Below are positions 10,085 through 23,576 of a DNA stretch of 39,267 nucleotides, piece by piece (position 1 is the stretch's first letter; every line of letters begins with the position of its first letter). The translations under genes were made by a program, and so were the position numbers. The stretch comes from Azolla caroliniana. Lineage: Eukaryota > Plantae > Polypodiophyta. The DNA lies in NCBI GenBank assembly GCA_043228905.1, contig JBHGNT010000287.1:1-39267 (forward strand). The letters are read 5' to 3'. The notes beneath the pieces were generated by a model, which saw only the letters and a list, made by a program, of their open reading frames with translations, ran no database searches and was not told where the DNA came from.

Positions 10085-10660
10085 ACTTTGCTCCCTCACC
10101 TCGGTTGACCACACCTTCATTGAAGCCACCTTCACTTGGACTCGAGCCACAGACAGATGTTGCAGAAAAGGTACGTGATATGCTACAGAAATACAAACGT
10201 AAAGTCCAGTTATGCTCCTTTAATTCCACAGTAAAATCTTGATAACCAGCTTGCAGCTAAAGACTCACCAAAGAAGGCGGCCGATGAGTTAGATTTAAGG
10301 ATATATCTAGTGTAGTGCAGAGCACAGGCTATATCAATATAAGGGTGGATTATGGGGTGAACAGACTTTAAAGGATGGCGAAGAACAAGGAGTTCGAAAT
10401 GTGGCAATTGTAACAACAACCAACTTACCATGGATGATGGGAATTGCTATAAATCCTCTTTTTCGTGCAACATATCTAGCTAAGAACAGGAAGAAGGTTG
10501 TAACCTTGCTCATTCCATGGTTGTGCAAGGATGACCGAGGTCTTCTATACCAGCACAATATGTGCTTTGATTCACCAGAGGAACAAGAAGCATATATATT
10601 CTCAACTAGCTTGAGGCAAGAGTACCTAGATTCAAATCTAATTTCAAGCTGGTTTCCAAC
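10085..10660 (+). pseudogene. DGD1: Digalactosyldiacylglycerol synthase 1 gene fragment (pseudogene)
   Basis: DELDLRI/SSVVQSTGY/QYKGGLW...RNVAIVTTTNLPWMMGIAINPLFRATYLAK...VTLLIPWLCKDD...FDSPEEQEAY/ILN*LEAR, matching the plant DGD1 glycosyltransferase start. It has three frameshifts, one stop, and an apparent retained GT-AG intron at 10171-10231. The left boundary is approximate. Confidence 0.85.
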
Positions 10661-10792
10661 TCACAATTTTGTAAGCTTGACGGGACTCATCGCAACTCAC
10701 ATTTTCGTTTTGTCGCAATTCTTGGGACTTGTAATATTTTTGAGTTCTAAATAACAAAAGAGCATTGTGTCCCATGTTTGGTCTCCACAACA

Positions 10793-11074
10793 TGTTCTTG
10801 TGTGCAATAAGTCTAATAGTGCTTTTGGGAAATAACAACATACGTGTTCATACATTATACACAAGGGTGGGGAATTTATATAGTAACCCCAAATAGCACC
10901 CTCTACATATTCAAACTTAAAAGTTGTTTTGTTTGTTCTTGTGTGCAATAAGTCTAATAGTGCTTTTGGGAAATAACAACATACGTGTTCATACATTATA
11001 CACAAGGGTGGGGAATTTATATAGTAACCCCAAATAGCACCCTCTACATATTCAAACTTAAAAGTTATTTTGTT
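10793..11074. repeat. Near-perfect 141-bp tandem duplication
   Basis: TGTTCTTGTGTGCAATAAGTC...AAAGTT(G/A)TTTTGTT at 10793-10933 and 10934-11074. Confidence 0.95.
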
Positions 11075-12017
11075 TTCACATTACCTCTTTAGATAGTCAT
11101 TTTCAGATACCAATGAATACTTGTGCAAGCACATGTTAAGGCTTGACGCCATGATAAGAGAATACTTGAGATTTTATATTTTTTATGAAAATCACATAAT
11201 AACTTTTGGGTGCTCATGATATAGACCATTGGATACAATAAAAACCCCAGCAAAACACATTATTTTTAGATATTTCAACAGATAATTGCTGTTTTTATAA
11301 TATTTTTCTTAAATGTTAAATCTTGACTACATGCATAAACAAGAGGTCATTCATTAATTAGCTTTTGAATTGGTCTTAATAGCTTAGAGAAATACTAAAT
11401 TTGCAAGACAACATTATAATTGGTCTCTACTAATTAAAAAAATATTCAGCTTTTTTAGTAGATATTGCAATTAGTTGGAAAACAAATGTTGTAGGTTTAT
11501 GCCACTGTTTAATCTATAGCAACAAAGAACAAGGGTACGATAGTGGCATCATCAAGTTCCACAAATCTCTTCATTCTTATGTATTTTTTTGGATTTTAAC
11601 CAGCACATGCATATGCTGATAATTTTCTAATGTCAATTATCATTACAATTTCTAACATTACATGTTCTATTAGCACTCACAATCTTCATATCACTAGTAT
11701 ATACAACATTAGATGCTCCAACATTCCTCAAGAATAGAGAACATTCAACCAAGGTTTGCCAATCATTCATTCCCACTTCGGTTTGATGTTTGCGAGGACT
11801 CCACAAACAATTAACATACGTCACATTGAACTAACTACAAATGCAAATATTATGATCACATGGTCTACAGCGTACGCCCTTTAATTTATTCAAACGTTTC
11901 AGAACATTATCCATATGTTCATTATTGAATAGAAGATGCAAAACATATACAACAGCCATCATATTAAGGGTATACCTATTATACCCTGCTGATATTTGAA
12001 AATATATTGGTGATCCT

Positions 12018-12309
12018 GTCATAAAAGAGAGCATGTAATTAATGTAGCTAAGTGATAATCTTTCTCGATTAATAAAAACCTCTCTACTTCCTCAACTGAA
12101 GTGCTTCACTCACCCTTCTCATCTTCTTATGAATTTGGACTCACTGGAACTCGATTTCACATCCAGTCATAAAAGAAGTACGTAATTAATGTAGGTACGT
12201 GATCATCTTTCTTGATTAATAAAAACTTATCTTTACTTCATCAACTGAAGTGCTCACTCACCTCATCTTCTTATGAATTTGGACTCACTGGAACTTGATT
12301 TCACATCCA
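12018..12309. repeat. Diverged ~148-bp tandem duplication
   Basis: GTCATAAAAGA...TTTCACATCCA occurs twice, at 12018 and 12166. Confidence 0.9.
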
Positions 12310-12490
12310 GGAAGCAAGACTGTTCCTCAAGAAGGAAGTTAGGAAGTTGCCATCATGTTGAGTATCCATTAGCTCTAAAGCTATCAATAAAGTTATTTTT
12401 GAATAAGCCATGTCTTGTTCATGCTTCAAACGATCACCTTTTCAAAATAGTATCTTAGCCCATTCATGACTTTTAAATGACTTCAGGTAG

Positions 12491-12592
12491 GGCATGATGT
12501 ATAAGGACCTTGTAAGACAACTTCACAATTACACACATCAAACGGCATGATGTATCAGGACCTTATAAGACAACTTCACAATTACATACATT
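12491..12592. repeat. ~54-bp tandem duplication
   Basis: GGCATGATGTAT(A/C)AGGACCTT(G/A)TAAGACAACTTCACAATTACA occurs twice. Confidence 0.85.
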
Positions 12593-13876
12593 AACCCAAT
12601 GCTACTGGACTGAAACACATACCAATCCAAGAGCCTATCGGCTTTGGCTCTTCCAATCTAGAGACCATTGGCTATACAATGTCAGCAATGACCCTTGGCA
12701 ATTCAAAACAAGTCATAGAGGGCCCTCTAGACCAATTTCAAGAATTATGAGGCAAATAAAAATATAAAATAGAATATTTATTTCAGAATATAAACAAGAT
12801 GGGTATAATATTACTATTGCTTTATGTAGTACCACAGATTTTATTGCTCATCTTGGTAGCTTCTCATACATATAGAAATAGAGTCAACCACACCTTTTAT
12901 AAACAATGTTTGTTGTAGTTATGGCAAAAATATTGGTAATTCATGTCAAACATCTATCAGAATACACTTTTCAACAATGAGGGAAAAGATGATAGAACTC
13001 TCAACCTCAAGATTTCACTGTCATGGTTCTAATTGAAGATAATATATTAGGAGTAGGGTTCAAAGGTAAAGGTAAGAAGCTTCCTACTGTCGAAATGGTA
13101 AAATCTTATTGGTAAAAGGAAAGAGATGGGATGAAGCCTTGGTTTCCAAGTGTGTATTTCTTGCTCACAGAGAAAAGAAGGGTGGATACGTTTCAAAAAG
13201 TTAGACTCAGAGATTCCAACTCAAGATGAGTCCAATCCAACTATTAACTTTTTCCAGTTGATTTATATTATACCTGGTTAGTTCCAAAAGGCATCCAACT
13301 TTGTGAAACCTCCCTTATATTATTGTCTACTTGTACCCATGAAAGCCATTAGCCTTGATCCTCCAAATGTACAGATTTGACTTCTTATAAAATTGACCTT
13401 TTCATAACCTATCATGTTGGATTTTTAAAATGAACTTCACAAAAACCTAGTTTTAAGTAGAGTTTGGAATGCCATTTTTCATACAGTTCTAGTTGGTAAA
13501 AACACACTTTACCTCTGAGGCATCTGAACCCCATTGTGTCAAACTTGATTGTTGCTGCAGTAAGATTTTCTTCTGTGTTTCTCATATTAATATGGTGATA
13601 CGTTTGTTCTTGAAAGAATTGTATCATCTATAAAGGATTAGCAAACATGTCCAATGGGGCCTCTAAAGGAGTTAGAACTGAAGATAGTTCAAGTCTCTCT
13701 AATTGTTTATGAACAAAACCAAAAAGTTAAAATAGGAAGTCAAAAAGGGCTTTAAAGAAACATTCCCCCTTAAGTCTACCTTTTACTTCTTCATGACCTA
13801 CTAGTGAAGGGAAAAAGAGGCGAAGTTTTTCTATTTAATGAAGCCTATTTTTCTCACTTTCAATATGGAAATTCAT

Positions 13877-16800
13877 TCATAAAGAAAGACATCTTCCTTC
13901 TGGTAAGGACAATGGCATAGGGAGCGCAATTACATACCTTTCAGGGGGCTCATGATACCCAATGTTATTATCTAAAGGCACATCATAGAAATCTACAACA
14001 AAATCACTTCCATGGTGTTTAGCTAATCTATTTACAGTTGCCAGTTTCTCCAGATCATAGATCTTTCGCCTTAGCTCCATCACAGTCATGAAACAATTGA
14101 GCCTGTTTCAAACCAAGTCAGATTGTAAGTATCTGGCAATAAGAGCAAAGAACTATTCATTTGGTTATTCATGTTTAGCAACAATAAAAACGATCACCAT
14201 TTCACTGGCATAGACTTTGCAAAAGTGATGAAGTTATGCATGCACACTAAAAGTAGTGGAGTTCTATTAGGTTCTAAACATCATACATGCAATGTGTAGA
14301 TTTGGAAATGACGGCAAAATATCATAGGACCTCATAGAGGAGATTTGTGGTCTCGTTTCAAGGTCTACCGGATTCATTCCCAAAGTCAAACATGGATAGT
14401 AATGGACAGGTAACACTAAGCCTTGGGATTAGCAACCTTGGATACCACTAATAGAAGTGAACTTCTCTTTAATGTAACTCTTTTGAAGTTTTGAGGGACA
14501 AGAATGTATAGAAGAAATTATGAGGATTATCAATTGGAATGTATATAAATAAGCATCATAGTTCAAGTTTCATGAAATATAGCATATAGTGTTAGAAAAT
14601 CAGTGGGATGTGTCCTCTTTACAATTGATCATCAATCCCATTATAAGTTTGATTCAAGAAATCGGGTGCTGAAATAATAGATTCTGCTGGTAAGGTCACA
14701 CGGAAAGGGGTAAGGCACAACAATCTCTACAACCTGAGCACACTTACAATCTCTACTGAACAGTGTACTAACACGAAGCAGTGGCATGAGAGATTTGGCA
14801 TCTCAATGTTGCCACGTTGAAGGAGATGAAGATGTTGAGTATGTTAAATATAATCAATGATCGATCCCAAGTTGTCAGTTTATCCCCACATGTATTTTTA
14901 AAGTGCACAATTTGTGGTAGCACCCCAAATGAGTAGCGATTGTACAACCGACCATATGGATCACTGAGGGTCAATGTAAGATACCATAGATGAGAAGGAC
15001 AGAATGTATTTAGGAAAGAGGGAAGTAAGGTAATGGGATTGACTAGTCAGTTCGATTAGGAGAATATTCTCTGTAGGTAATGTACTTAGTCTTGAAGCAT
15101 GTGCCATTCATTTTACGATAAGTACTATCTAGCACTAGTTTGCATATGAAATGACAAGTCAGTTAACGGAAAAGGAATATCCCCACTACTATCAACTGAC
15201 TCGCACATTTAATGTGACAATAAGACCAAACATACAATATAATATCCACCCTCTTTCTCTTACACAGCAGCTGTGAGTATCAACTGTGTCGACTAACTTT
15301 GTAGTTGACTAGTCTAGATTCCATCTAAGCTCTATTGTGTGCATGCACGGGAGGACTAACATTGTGAGGTACTCTCATATGTAATAGTAAGTTTGTATTG
15401 CCACCACGTCCAGACACACTTCCAATTAGCCCAATATCGGCTACTTGGACCAGATTAGCACACCAAGGATTTCTTGGCAGATGTACTGTGTTTACTATGG
15501 ACCATGGCCATATTTTGCAAGATCATGTTCTGTTTGTCAATGTAAACAGAGCCCAAGGATAGGTTAAAAGAACTTTCAGGTAAGCCTCTGAGCTTGTTCC
15601 CTAAAGACCAAAAGCAGTTTATATTTCATGCACTTGGGCCACATCCATCTGGAAAACAGCTCCATAGCGCTTGTTATCAATAAATCAAGGTCATTACCTA
15701 TCTGCGGCCCTGATATTCTTCTTTCACTAGAAAGACCACACCATCTTGGATTGGCCCATGTTGGAGATCTTTTGAGGGCAAAAGTTTCAGTCAATCTAAC
15801 GTCATGTTAGTTATTCAGCTAAGCGGAAAATATGATACCTTATGCAGTTTTACTCTGGTTATACTTTCTTTGATGGCAAGAGAGATCTAGTTTGATTACA
15901 TTATAGATCAAAAGTTGTCATTCTTTGAGCATTTGCATCCTTAATCTTTAGTTGGATTTCTATCACGACCATGTTAGCATAAATTTCAGTAGTAAAGAGA
16001 TAGGAACCGGGAATAAGTCTCAGCTTCAGGACAGAATTCCAATTCCCTGGAAGTCTATGAGGTACAGGTCCATAAACCCACAGTCAATCTTTAAATTATT
16101 TCAGAATTGCAAAACCAGATGTATGGTCAGATATATGCAGTTACCTTGTAAGGCTAATATCCAATTTTTTTATCCTGTCCATAAATTTCACTACAAGCCG
16201 CATCATGGTAACATCCTTTTTCATACTTCTTGTTCTTGTATAATGTCGTCCATCCCTGTTAACAGAAATCTCAAATAAGTAAAACATCACAAATAGACTA
16301 CATTGCAGACTATGAGGCAAACTCACGTGTTAGGGTTTCCCACATCCTTTTGTGAATTTTCAGGTTCTTTCTCAGTCCCTGATAATAGCACACATGCATC
16401 CTCTAATGCAGTTCTTGTAACGTTATATGTCAAACATTCAATATCTCCAGACTTGTTCCCTCGCATTAGGATTCTTGGGAATGGAAGGATCAGTTGTTGC
16501 ACTAACTGTGTAGTAACCCTAAGCCTTCTCTTTGCTCTCCAGAAGGTTCCAGTATGGCTCTCTCCAGTATCCTGTCCAAATAGAAACTTATTTCAGTATT
16601 ACTGGCAATTAACCATTAAGCATCTCCCATCAAAATGGTCGAAGGCTGAGATTAACCTTGTCTGGAAGACGGTTGGTAGCAGTAGCCCACATAAGTTCAG
16701 CCTTGCTGTGGTATAAACATCGATAAATTTACTTTCAACGTCAATCATAAAGCACATTTAACACATAAAACATTTTCATTTTAAATAGATTTTTGCACAT

Positions 16801-19381
16801 GGTATAGAGGCAGTATCATCCACCTAATAGAAGGAAGCTGGCCTTTAGGTTGAGTTGCTCCTATGTGCCAGGGAACAAAGAGAGAGAATGACTTCTTCCT
16901 CTTCTTTGGGAGATCTGAGAATGTCACAGAATATCCATTTCTTGAAACTTGATGTTGAAATTGAGAAGATTGATCTGGCATAGATCCAGCGGTTGTTTTC
17001 GCAGAGAATTCAGAGTCCCCATCCATCAACCCAACAGTAGGACTGCGATATAATCCATTATCATATCCTATACCCTGGCTTTGGCTCCAATCCACCTGAG
17101 GTCGATAATTTAGCTCACTTCCATAAGCATAAGAATAGTGATAACCTGATGGTGGTTGTGACATTACCGATTGTTCATAACATATCGGATGTGATTGCCA
17201 TGTGTCTGCATTCATAGGTGTTGCATTTGTGCTCATGATAGCATCATTCGAAAACAACTTCCTTTGTGAATGTCCACTGGTGCCTGTCAGTGAATTCTCT
17301 ACCTTCTGTTTGATTTCGTGTGCAATGCCTGAGGTGGAGTTACTACATTGTTGCATGGCTTTTACTTCTTTAATACATACATGCTGACCTATTGGCATTA
17401 ATGTGCCATTTTCTTGATAACGGAATGTTTCTTGTCCCACAATTGGAGGATATCCTTGATACAATTTTCTGTTTAATGACTTGTACGTTCTTGGTGCCCA
17501 AGCATGATAGTCACCCTGAGATTGTGCGCATGGATTAAAATGCCTTTCAGTATTAGAGCCTCTTTGAGAAATGCCAATGCTACCTTCAAGAGAAGAAGTG
17601 GCATCTGTAGGATCAATCAAAAACTCCTTCATGCTGACGTTTTCAATTGTGGAACAAGTGGCTCCAAATTGTGCATTTTCTGTAGCAATTGATACTGAAG
17701 GTTCATGATGCATGCGTAATCTCTTGTACATTCTTTCAATCTCTTCAGAGGTATGACTTTCTTGATCCATTTGATTTTCATAACTGGCCCTTGATACAGG
17801 GCTTATATTATGCGAGGCAGGAGGATTCATATTAACATCCTTGATTTCAGAGGATATTTTTAACTCGGATTTGGCATTATATGGAATTGAATTATAAGGC
17901 CTTCCAGAGCCTGCTTCTCGAAGTAATAAAGAACTATGACCATAATGGTATGGATTGTCTGATGCAGCCATGTGAACATGGAAAGATTCTCTTTGTTTCT
18001 TCATATGAGCACCCTATGTTAAATTCAAAGAAACAACTTCATATGAGTGTTATATCAAAAAATAATGTAGATAAACAAATTAAACTATGATGAATATCAA
18101 GTTCTCTTTTAACAAGGAAATCACCTCAATCTCCTTTTTCCATGGAGAACGTCCATCATCTTTATTTGAACTTGGCGGCATTGGCTTAATCTGTTCCTTA
18201 ACATTACCGACATATTGAGCTAAATTATCCTGTTCATGGTTAGCATGAATTTCTTGACATTGTATGGTATTCGGATGATTTTGTTGACCCGATTCATTGT
18301 GTATATTTTCGGAATCCCCGGCCAACTCAATTGTGCTTTCAGAATAGTAGTTATTTTGATGTCCGATGTTGGTATTGCAGATAGGATTCTGGTAATCAGG
18401 TTGGAAATAATTCCCAAAATCTGGATGCGTCATGTAAGACTGGTAAAGATTGGAAGGGTGAATGTTTTGCTGCTGACCGTTGTCAATACCTTGGTGTTTG
18501 AATATTTGTCTCGATGGAGATTTCCAACCTTGATGATGTCTACTTCCATCTGTAAATGTGGATTCATCAACAGGAATATTCGTCTCATTTTTAAAATTAC
18601 AATGTGTTTGCACAGAATTCGGATCAAATATTTGTGTATCACCTCCTGTGACATCAAACGGAGCAGCCTGATACTGTTGTACACCTGAGTTTTGCTCAAA
18701 GTAACCCTGGTTATTTTGATAGCTCAGCCCCATATGATGGCTATTCTGATCCATTGAATACCCTCGATTTTTTGACGGGATGTTTTCCAACATTGTGCTT
18801 TGGTGTACATCATGTGTGTAAAATGATGATCTCGATTCACTACCTGATTGGAATCCATTGGAGTAGGATGGATGTGTACCCACTGAGGAACTAACAGATG
18901 TATTTAAGCAGAATGGTGGATGAAATCCTGATCTTTGATCCCCACCCATAACAAAGCCATATGGGGGTTGCCCATTATTTACAGAATTATCCATGGACCC
19001 ATTACCACCACCTAAATCAGTATGGTTTTCATTACTTTCAATTGATAGATCCCATACTGGGTCAGACTGAGGAGGTGTATCTGGTCCATGTAGAAGAGCT
19101 GAATATGAAGTCATCGAAGACTGTATGTATGGTTCGTGGTACAGATTTTGCTGTTTAGTAGGATCAGGATTTTGTGGCTGGAAATATAAAGACTGTTGCG
19201 GCATCTGCATCTCCGGATGTGCCATCCCTCTTGTGTAGCCAATAAATTGCTGCTCATAGTCTCCTTGCATATGACCTCTCCATGATTGCTGACTTCTGGA
19301 GAGATCATCATGTATATATTTATCACTTACATTGTCATAGTGACCACCCACATTGCTTGCACTTAAATGATGTGGAAACAT
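13877..19381 (-). CDS. Host gene: plant 'dentin sialophosphoprotein-like' uncharacterised protein, ~1025 aa; coding exons 19381-18125, 18013-16824, 16705-16657, 16571-16327, 16255-16145, 14102-13877
   Basis: All five introns are GT-AG with consistent phases (3078 nt in total). The conserved C-terminus is recognisable: PKKRKK...VPWH...LPSISKAELMWATATNRL...RAKRRLRVTTQLVQQL...ALEDAC...DLEKLATVNRLAKHHG...PERYVIALPMPLSLPEGRCLSL*. The N-terminal ~800 aa are low-complexity and Q/S/N-rich. The start codon is uncertain. Confidence 0.88.
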
Positions 19382-20299
19382 GTTAGTACCAATCTAGATC
19401 ACATTTATACATAATCAACTCAATTATGTCAGGCCATCTCAAAAGAATTTGAGATGAGATCAACCTCGAAGCTCTTGAGTGAACCATTGTAAGTCAAGAC
19501 ATCCAATCATCTGAACCCATTTCTGATGAGATATAACCACATATTAAGTTCCTCAAAGTCAATATCTTCAAATCGGTACAGCTAATTAGAAGCCACTGAA
19601 GATTCTTATTAATGTATTCATCTTACCACCCCATGTATCCAACTGAAATACAAAGAATTACAAAGAATGTCATTTGAAGTAATGAACACAATGATAAGGC
19701 AAATGAGATATACATTGCATACAATAATGCGCATATATATTTCTATAATCATAGCTTAAAATAAATCAATGGACTTCAGAAAACCTACCAATGCAATAGA
19801 CATTAGTAAGAATGGTTTTGTACGTATATATTCTAAGATATCTAAAATCTCCAATAGGTTCACTGTGCTGCAAAAACAATAATACGTAAACAGTGACGGT
19901 AACTACAGAGACAGAGAGAATTAACGAAAAACAGGTGAATATTAGGCCAGCAGCCTTGCCCATTGTGAATGCTAAGGTTTGCATGTGAGATTTATCATGG
20001 ATTGAATTTTCATATGCAAGATTTAGGATTTTGAAGAAAGAAAAGCAGCGGCAAAGCGAAAGCAAAAATGAGAAACATAGAGCAAGCCCTTCAAATGGAA
20101 TTTGATTCTGACCTTGAAACGTGGCATATTAAGAAAGAAGACTAAATTAATGTCTTTTAAAAGGCCAGAAAGGCCTTTAAGGCTAAACTGGAGATTACAT
20201 CTTAAAATGTTCTTGCCATTCAGAATGACGAACCAAAATAAACATAACTAAACATAGGTTACTAAAGGATGCCAAAGCAAGGAAAGCACTGTCAATGCC

Positions 20300-21730
20300 A
20301 GGCGATAATGGCCTTTATTTGTTGATGACAATGTGACCAGGATGTATCACACTATGGATCACATGAGATTGATATCTATTCACATAAGGCCTAATAATAA
20401 ATCCATCTTGCAACATGTGAAAAAGGGTCATCTTCCTACCTAGAGATGTTGTGGGGCTCATCCATGTTTTTTTATTATCCAATATTATCCAATTTAATGA
20501 TATCATCTTGGATTACTTGATTCTTTTCTGGTTTAGTCATTTCCAGGTGTGAACAATCCAACCTATATTGGAATGGAGGTGGTGTACATATACTAATGTC
20601 ATGTGACTGGAACTAGTCTTACATTTCGACATACCAACAATGTTATCTCCATGTTCAGCAAGCTATTTTGATGATGTAAGTGCCAATCTTCAGTACCTTT
20701 CCTTGCACAGCTCGCAAATTTGCATACCGATCACTGATCAAAATAATGCTTTGGTCACTACTGGGGCTGCTCCAATCTCTGCCCACACTATATCACAGGA
20801 CAACATTGTTTATGCTTTCCTCATTATCATGCTAGCCATTATTGAGACTAATCTTCACTATGAAGGCTTCGTCCCCAAATTTCTATTGCATATTGACGAG
20901 TTGGGTGCTACAAATACATCAAACAACCTTACTTAGTTCGTGGTTCTTGGAACTAGTATGTGCATATTGCCTTTCAAGGGAGTCAATGGCTGCATTTTCA
21001 TGAGAATGTCAAGCACACACAGCCTCCCTTAGGGAAAACCTGCGCCCCGTGAATGTTACTCCTAGATATGTGAAGGATCATGTGTATGTAACCTTTTCCT
21101 CTCCCTAGAAGAATTCCAGTTCTGATCTCATTATCCATGCTTGAGTGGTGTTCAACACCATCATTTTAGTTTATTAAGGTTGAATAACAAACTTTTATCT
21201 ATACAAAAATGACTTTGAAACATTTAGATGACTTTGTAGTTCTATGAAGAATTGCAGGATCAATGCAATGCCATTGGCATATAGCAATATCAGTATAGTT
21301 TCCACCGTTAAGCATGCTTCTGAACCACCCAATCTCTATATGTAATTAGATATCTCATCTATAGAAAGACTGAAGAGAGTGGGAGACAATGGGCATCCTG
21401 GTTTTACTCCATCGTACAAGCCACGGCCATTGATAACCCCATAGTAGTGTGCATTTTTCTTAACAAATGGTTCATATCCTGCATACAATCCCCATTACCT
21501 ATCTATTAGGATTCCAAGGGCTTCTAATCACTGCATGAGGCAACCATATAGTACAGTAGAGTCAATATGTGATCTGAAGTTGTGAACCTCTTTTAGGAAA
21601 CCTGCCTGTCTAGCTGAACAGTAGCCATTTCTTGCTACCCATACACACAATTCTGACACTGGGATCGAACCATATAGTTTAGCTAAGTTGTGATTGTTCT
21701 CTGTTGATTAGCTTGTGTGGCTGTATTGTT
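20300..21730 (-). mobile_element. Decayed non-LTR retrotransposon (LINE, RTE-like) RT and C-terminal region, in the probable 5' intron of the host gene
   Basis: Minus-strand remnants with many stops and frameshifts: LAKLYGS...ARQAGF...DHILTL; GVKPGCPLSPTLF; LLYANG (YADD site); MMVLNTTQAW...FTYLGVTF; LFD...WAEIGAAP. Confidence 0.82.
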
Positions 21731-21793
21731 GTCCTTCATATCTAGCCTTATAGAAAGCCTTAAGCTTGACCTTGAAATACAAGATGTTTAGCT

Positions 21794-22280
21794 ATAGAAG
21801 AGAGGAATTTGAAACTGGTGAAAATTCAGAAACCATTCTGTAGAGAGTGTAGAATCCTCTGGTAATAGCAGAAAAAATAGAGAATAGTTGGATCACAATT
21901 ATCCATAGAGAAGACAGCAATTTGAAACCAACCTTGAAATTAAGAAACTTTAGAGAAGAAACATTTCAGCTGAGATGCGTAGATTATAGAAATGGCAGAG
22001 CTAGCCTTTATAGAAGAGAGGAATTTGAAACTGGTGAAAATTCAGAAACCGTTCTGCAGAGAGGGTAATCCTCTGCAAATAGCAGAAAAAATAGAGAACG
22101 GCTGGATCACAACTATCCATAGAGAAGACAGCAATTTGAAACTGGCCTTGAAATTAAGAAACTTTAGAAAAAAACATTTCATCTGAGATGCGTAGATTAT
22201 TCTAGAAGTGGCAGAAACTTCATTCAGCCTTGAAATTAAGAAACTATTTCAGCTGAGATGCGTAGATTATTCTAGAAACG
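21794..22280. repeat. ~216-bp tandem duplication plus partial third copy
   Basis: TATAGAAGAGAGGAATTTGAAACTGGTGAAAATTCAGAAACC...CTGAGATGCGTAGATTAT at ~21794 and ~22009; its tail repeats again at ~22228-22278. Confidence 0.9.
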
Positions 22281-23274
22281 GCATGTCTAGCACATTCATT
22301 CGACCAGAAGTGCAAAAGCTTCTAGGAACGGAAGAGAAACTGCAGATCAGAGCTAAACTTAAACAAAGCTCTGGATTTTACCTTTCATAAAACAGGAATT
22401 GTTTGGCAAGAGCGTAAATACCGCAGATGTCTTAAAGTCTTCTAGAGATTGCAGATAAAATGAGAAACCAAAGCAAATCTTACGCACAAAGCATTGAGTT
22501 TTGATCTTAAAATCGGCAACTTTTTGCAAAATGCTTCTACAGAATTGTACTGTGCCAGAAATAGCACAGACATTTCTTGACTTTGGCCTTGAAAATACGA
22601 ATGTCTATCAAAACTGATTCTGCAGATGGGGAAACTCCTCTAGAAATGCAAAGAGAGAGAAAGGATCAGAGAAATTTAACGTGTTTAGAGAAATATTTTT
22701 TCTGCAGGTGTAAATTCTTCTGGACAGCACGTTTAGCACATTCATTTAATTTTGATCTTGAAACACAGCACGTTTAGCAAAGATAGAAAATTTGATGGAT
22801 CGGAGATGATCATGCATGAATCATTCAATATTTGACCTTGGCAATATTTCACTAGAGGAGAATTCTTCTAGAAACGGAAGGGGAAGTTAGTTGGGAAGAT
22901 GCAGATCAGCACTTGTTTTACAGAGAGCATTCGATTTTGACCTTGAAAATAGGACAATTTTAAGCCTAATTTCTCGTGGAGGAACGGAAATGCTTCTGGA
23001 AATCGCAGAGACAAAGACGAATCTGAGCTAATTACCAGTCACGAAAATCACAATCCGGACATTGGAATTATAGGAAATGCTTAGCTAAATTGTTTGTGTG
23101 CGGGAGTTTGAGGAAATTAAAGATAAAATAGAGAGAGAGAGATGAGGGAATCAAGAGGTAACCATGCAGAAACCATTCCGTCTTGGCTATGAAATTATAG
23201 GAAGTGGTAACCTAAAATTGCTTGCACGGGAAGTCTGGAAATTGCAGAGGGAGAATAAAAGACGGAGAGCTAAC

Positions 23275-23560
23275 CTTGACAAAGGCGAATCATTCCGATC
23301 TAGTTGACCGTGAGGAGAAATTCGGAGAGAGAGAGAGAGACAACCAAAAACGATCCAAAAAGAAGTCGAGCGAGGACCGTTTCTTCTGCGGGAGGGAAAG
23401 AGAATCCGTCGACGGGATGGCGATGGCGATGGCGATGGCGAAGGATAAGGATAAGGAGAAGGAGAAGGAGAAGCAGGTGTGCTTCCCCTTCAGAAGCGAT
23501 GGCGTCTTCTCTCTGAATGCGTGCGCGAGCGATGTCTTCTCTCAGTTTTGTTGTTGAGCC
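23275..23560 (-). other. Probable non-coding first exon (5' UTR) of the host gene
   Basis: Pyrimidine-rich leader with (TCCTTC)n, (CGCCAT)n and (CT)n on the minus strand, ending in donor AAG|GTTAG at 23275/23274; T-rich intron-like sequence follows. Confidence 0.55.
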
Positions 23561-23576
23561 TTCACACAGGCGCAGC

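Noticed and set aside
13250-13830. Possible retroelement remnant downstream of the host gene, including a PPT-like AAGGGGGAA-TG on the minus strand
   Set aside because: No convincing protein motif in any frame that I read; left unassigned.
16303-19158. Plus-strand ORFs overlapping the host gene (e.g. 16303-16716, 18236-18688)
   Set aside because: Antisense shadows of real exons, with no independent support.
23222-23557. 111-aa and 70-aa plus-strand ORFs with MAMAMA/KEKEKE runs
   Set aside because: Translations of microsatellites on the antisense strand of a probable 5' UTR.
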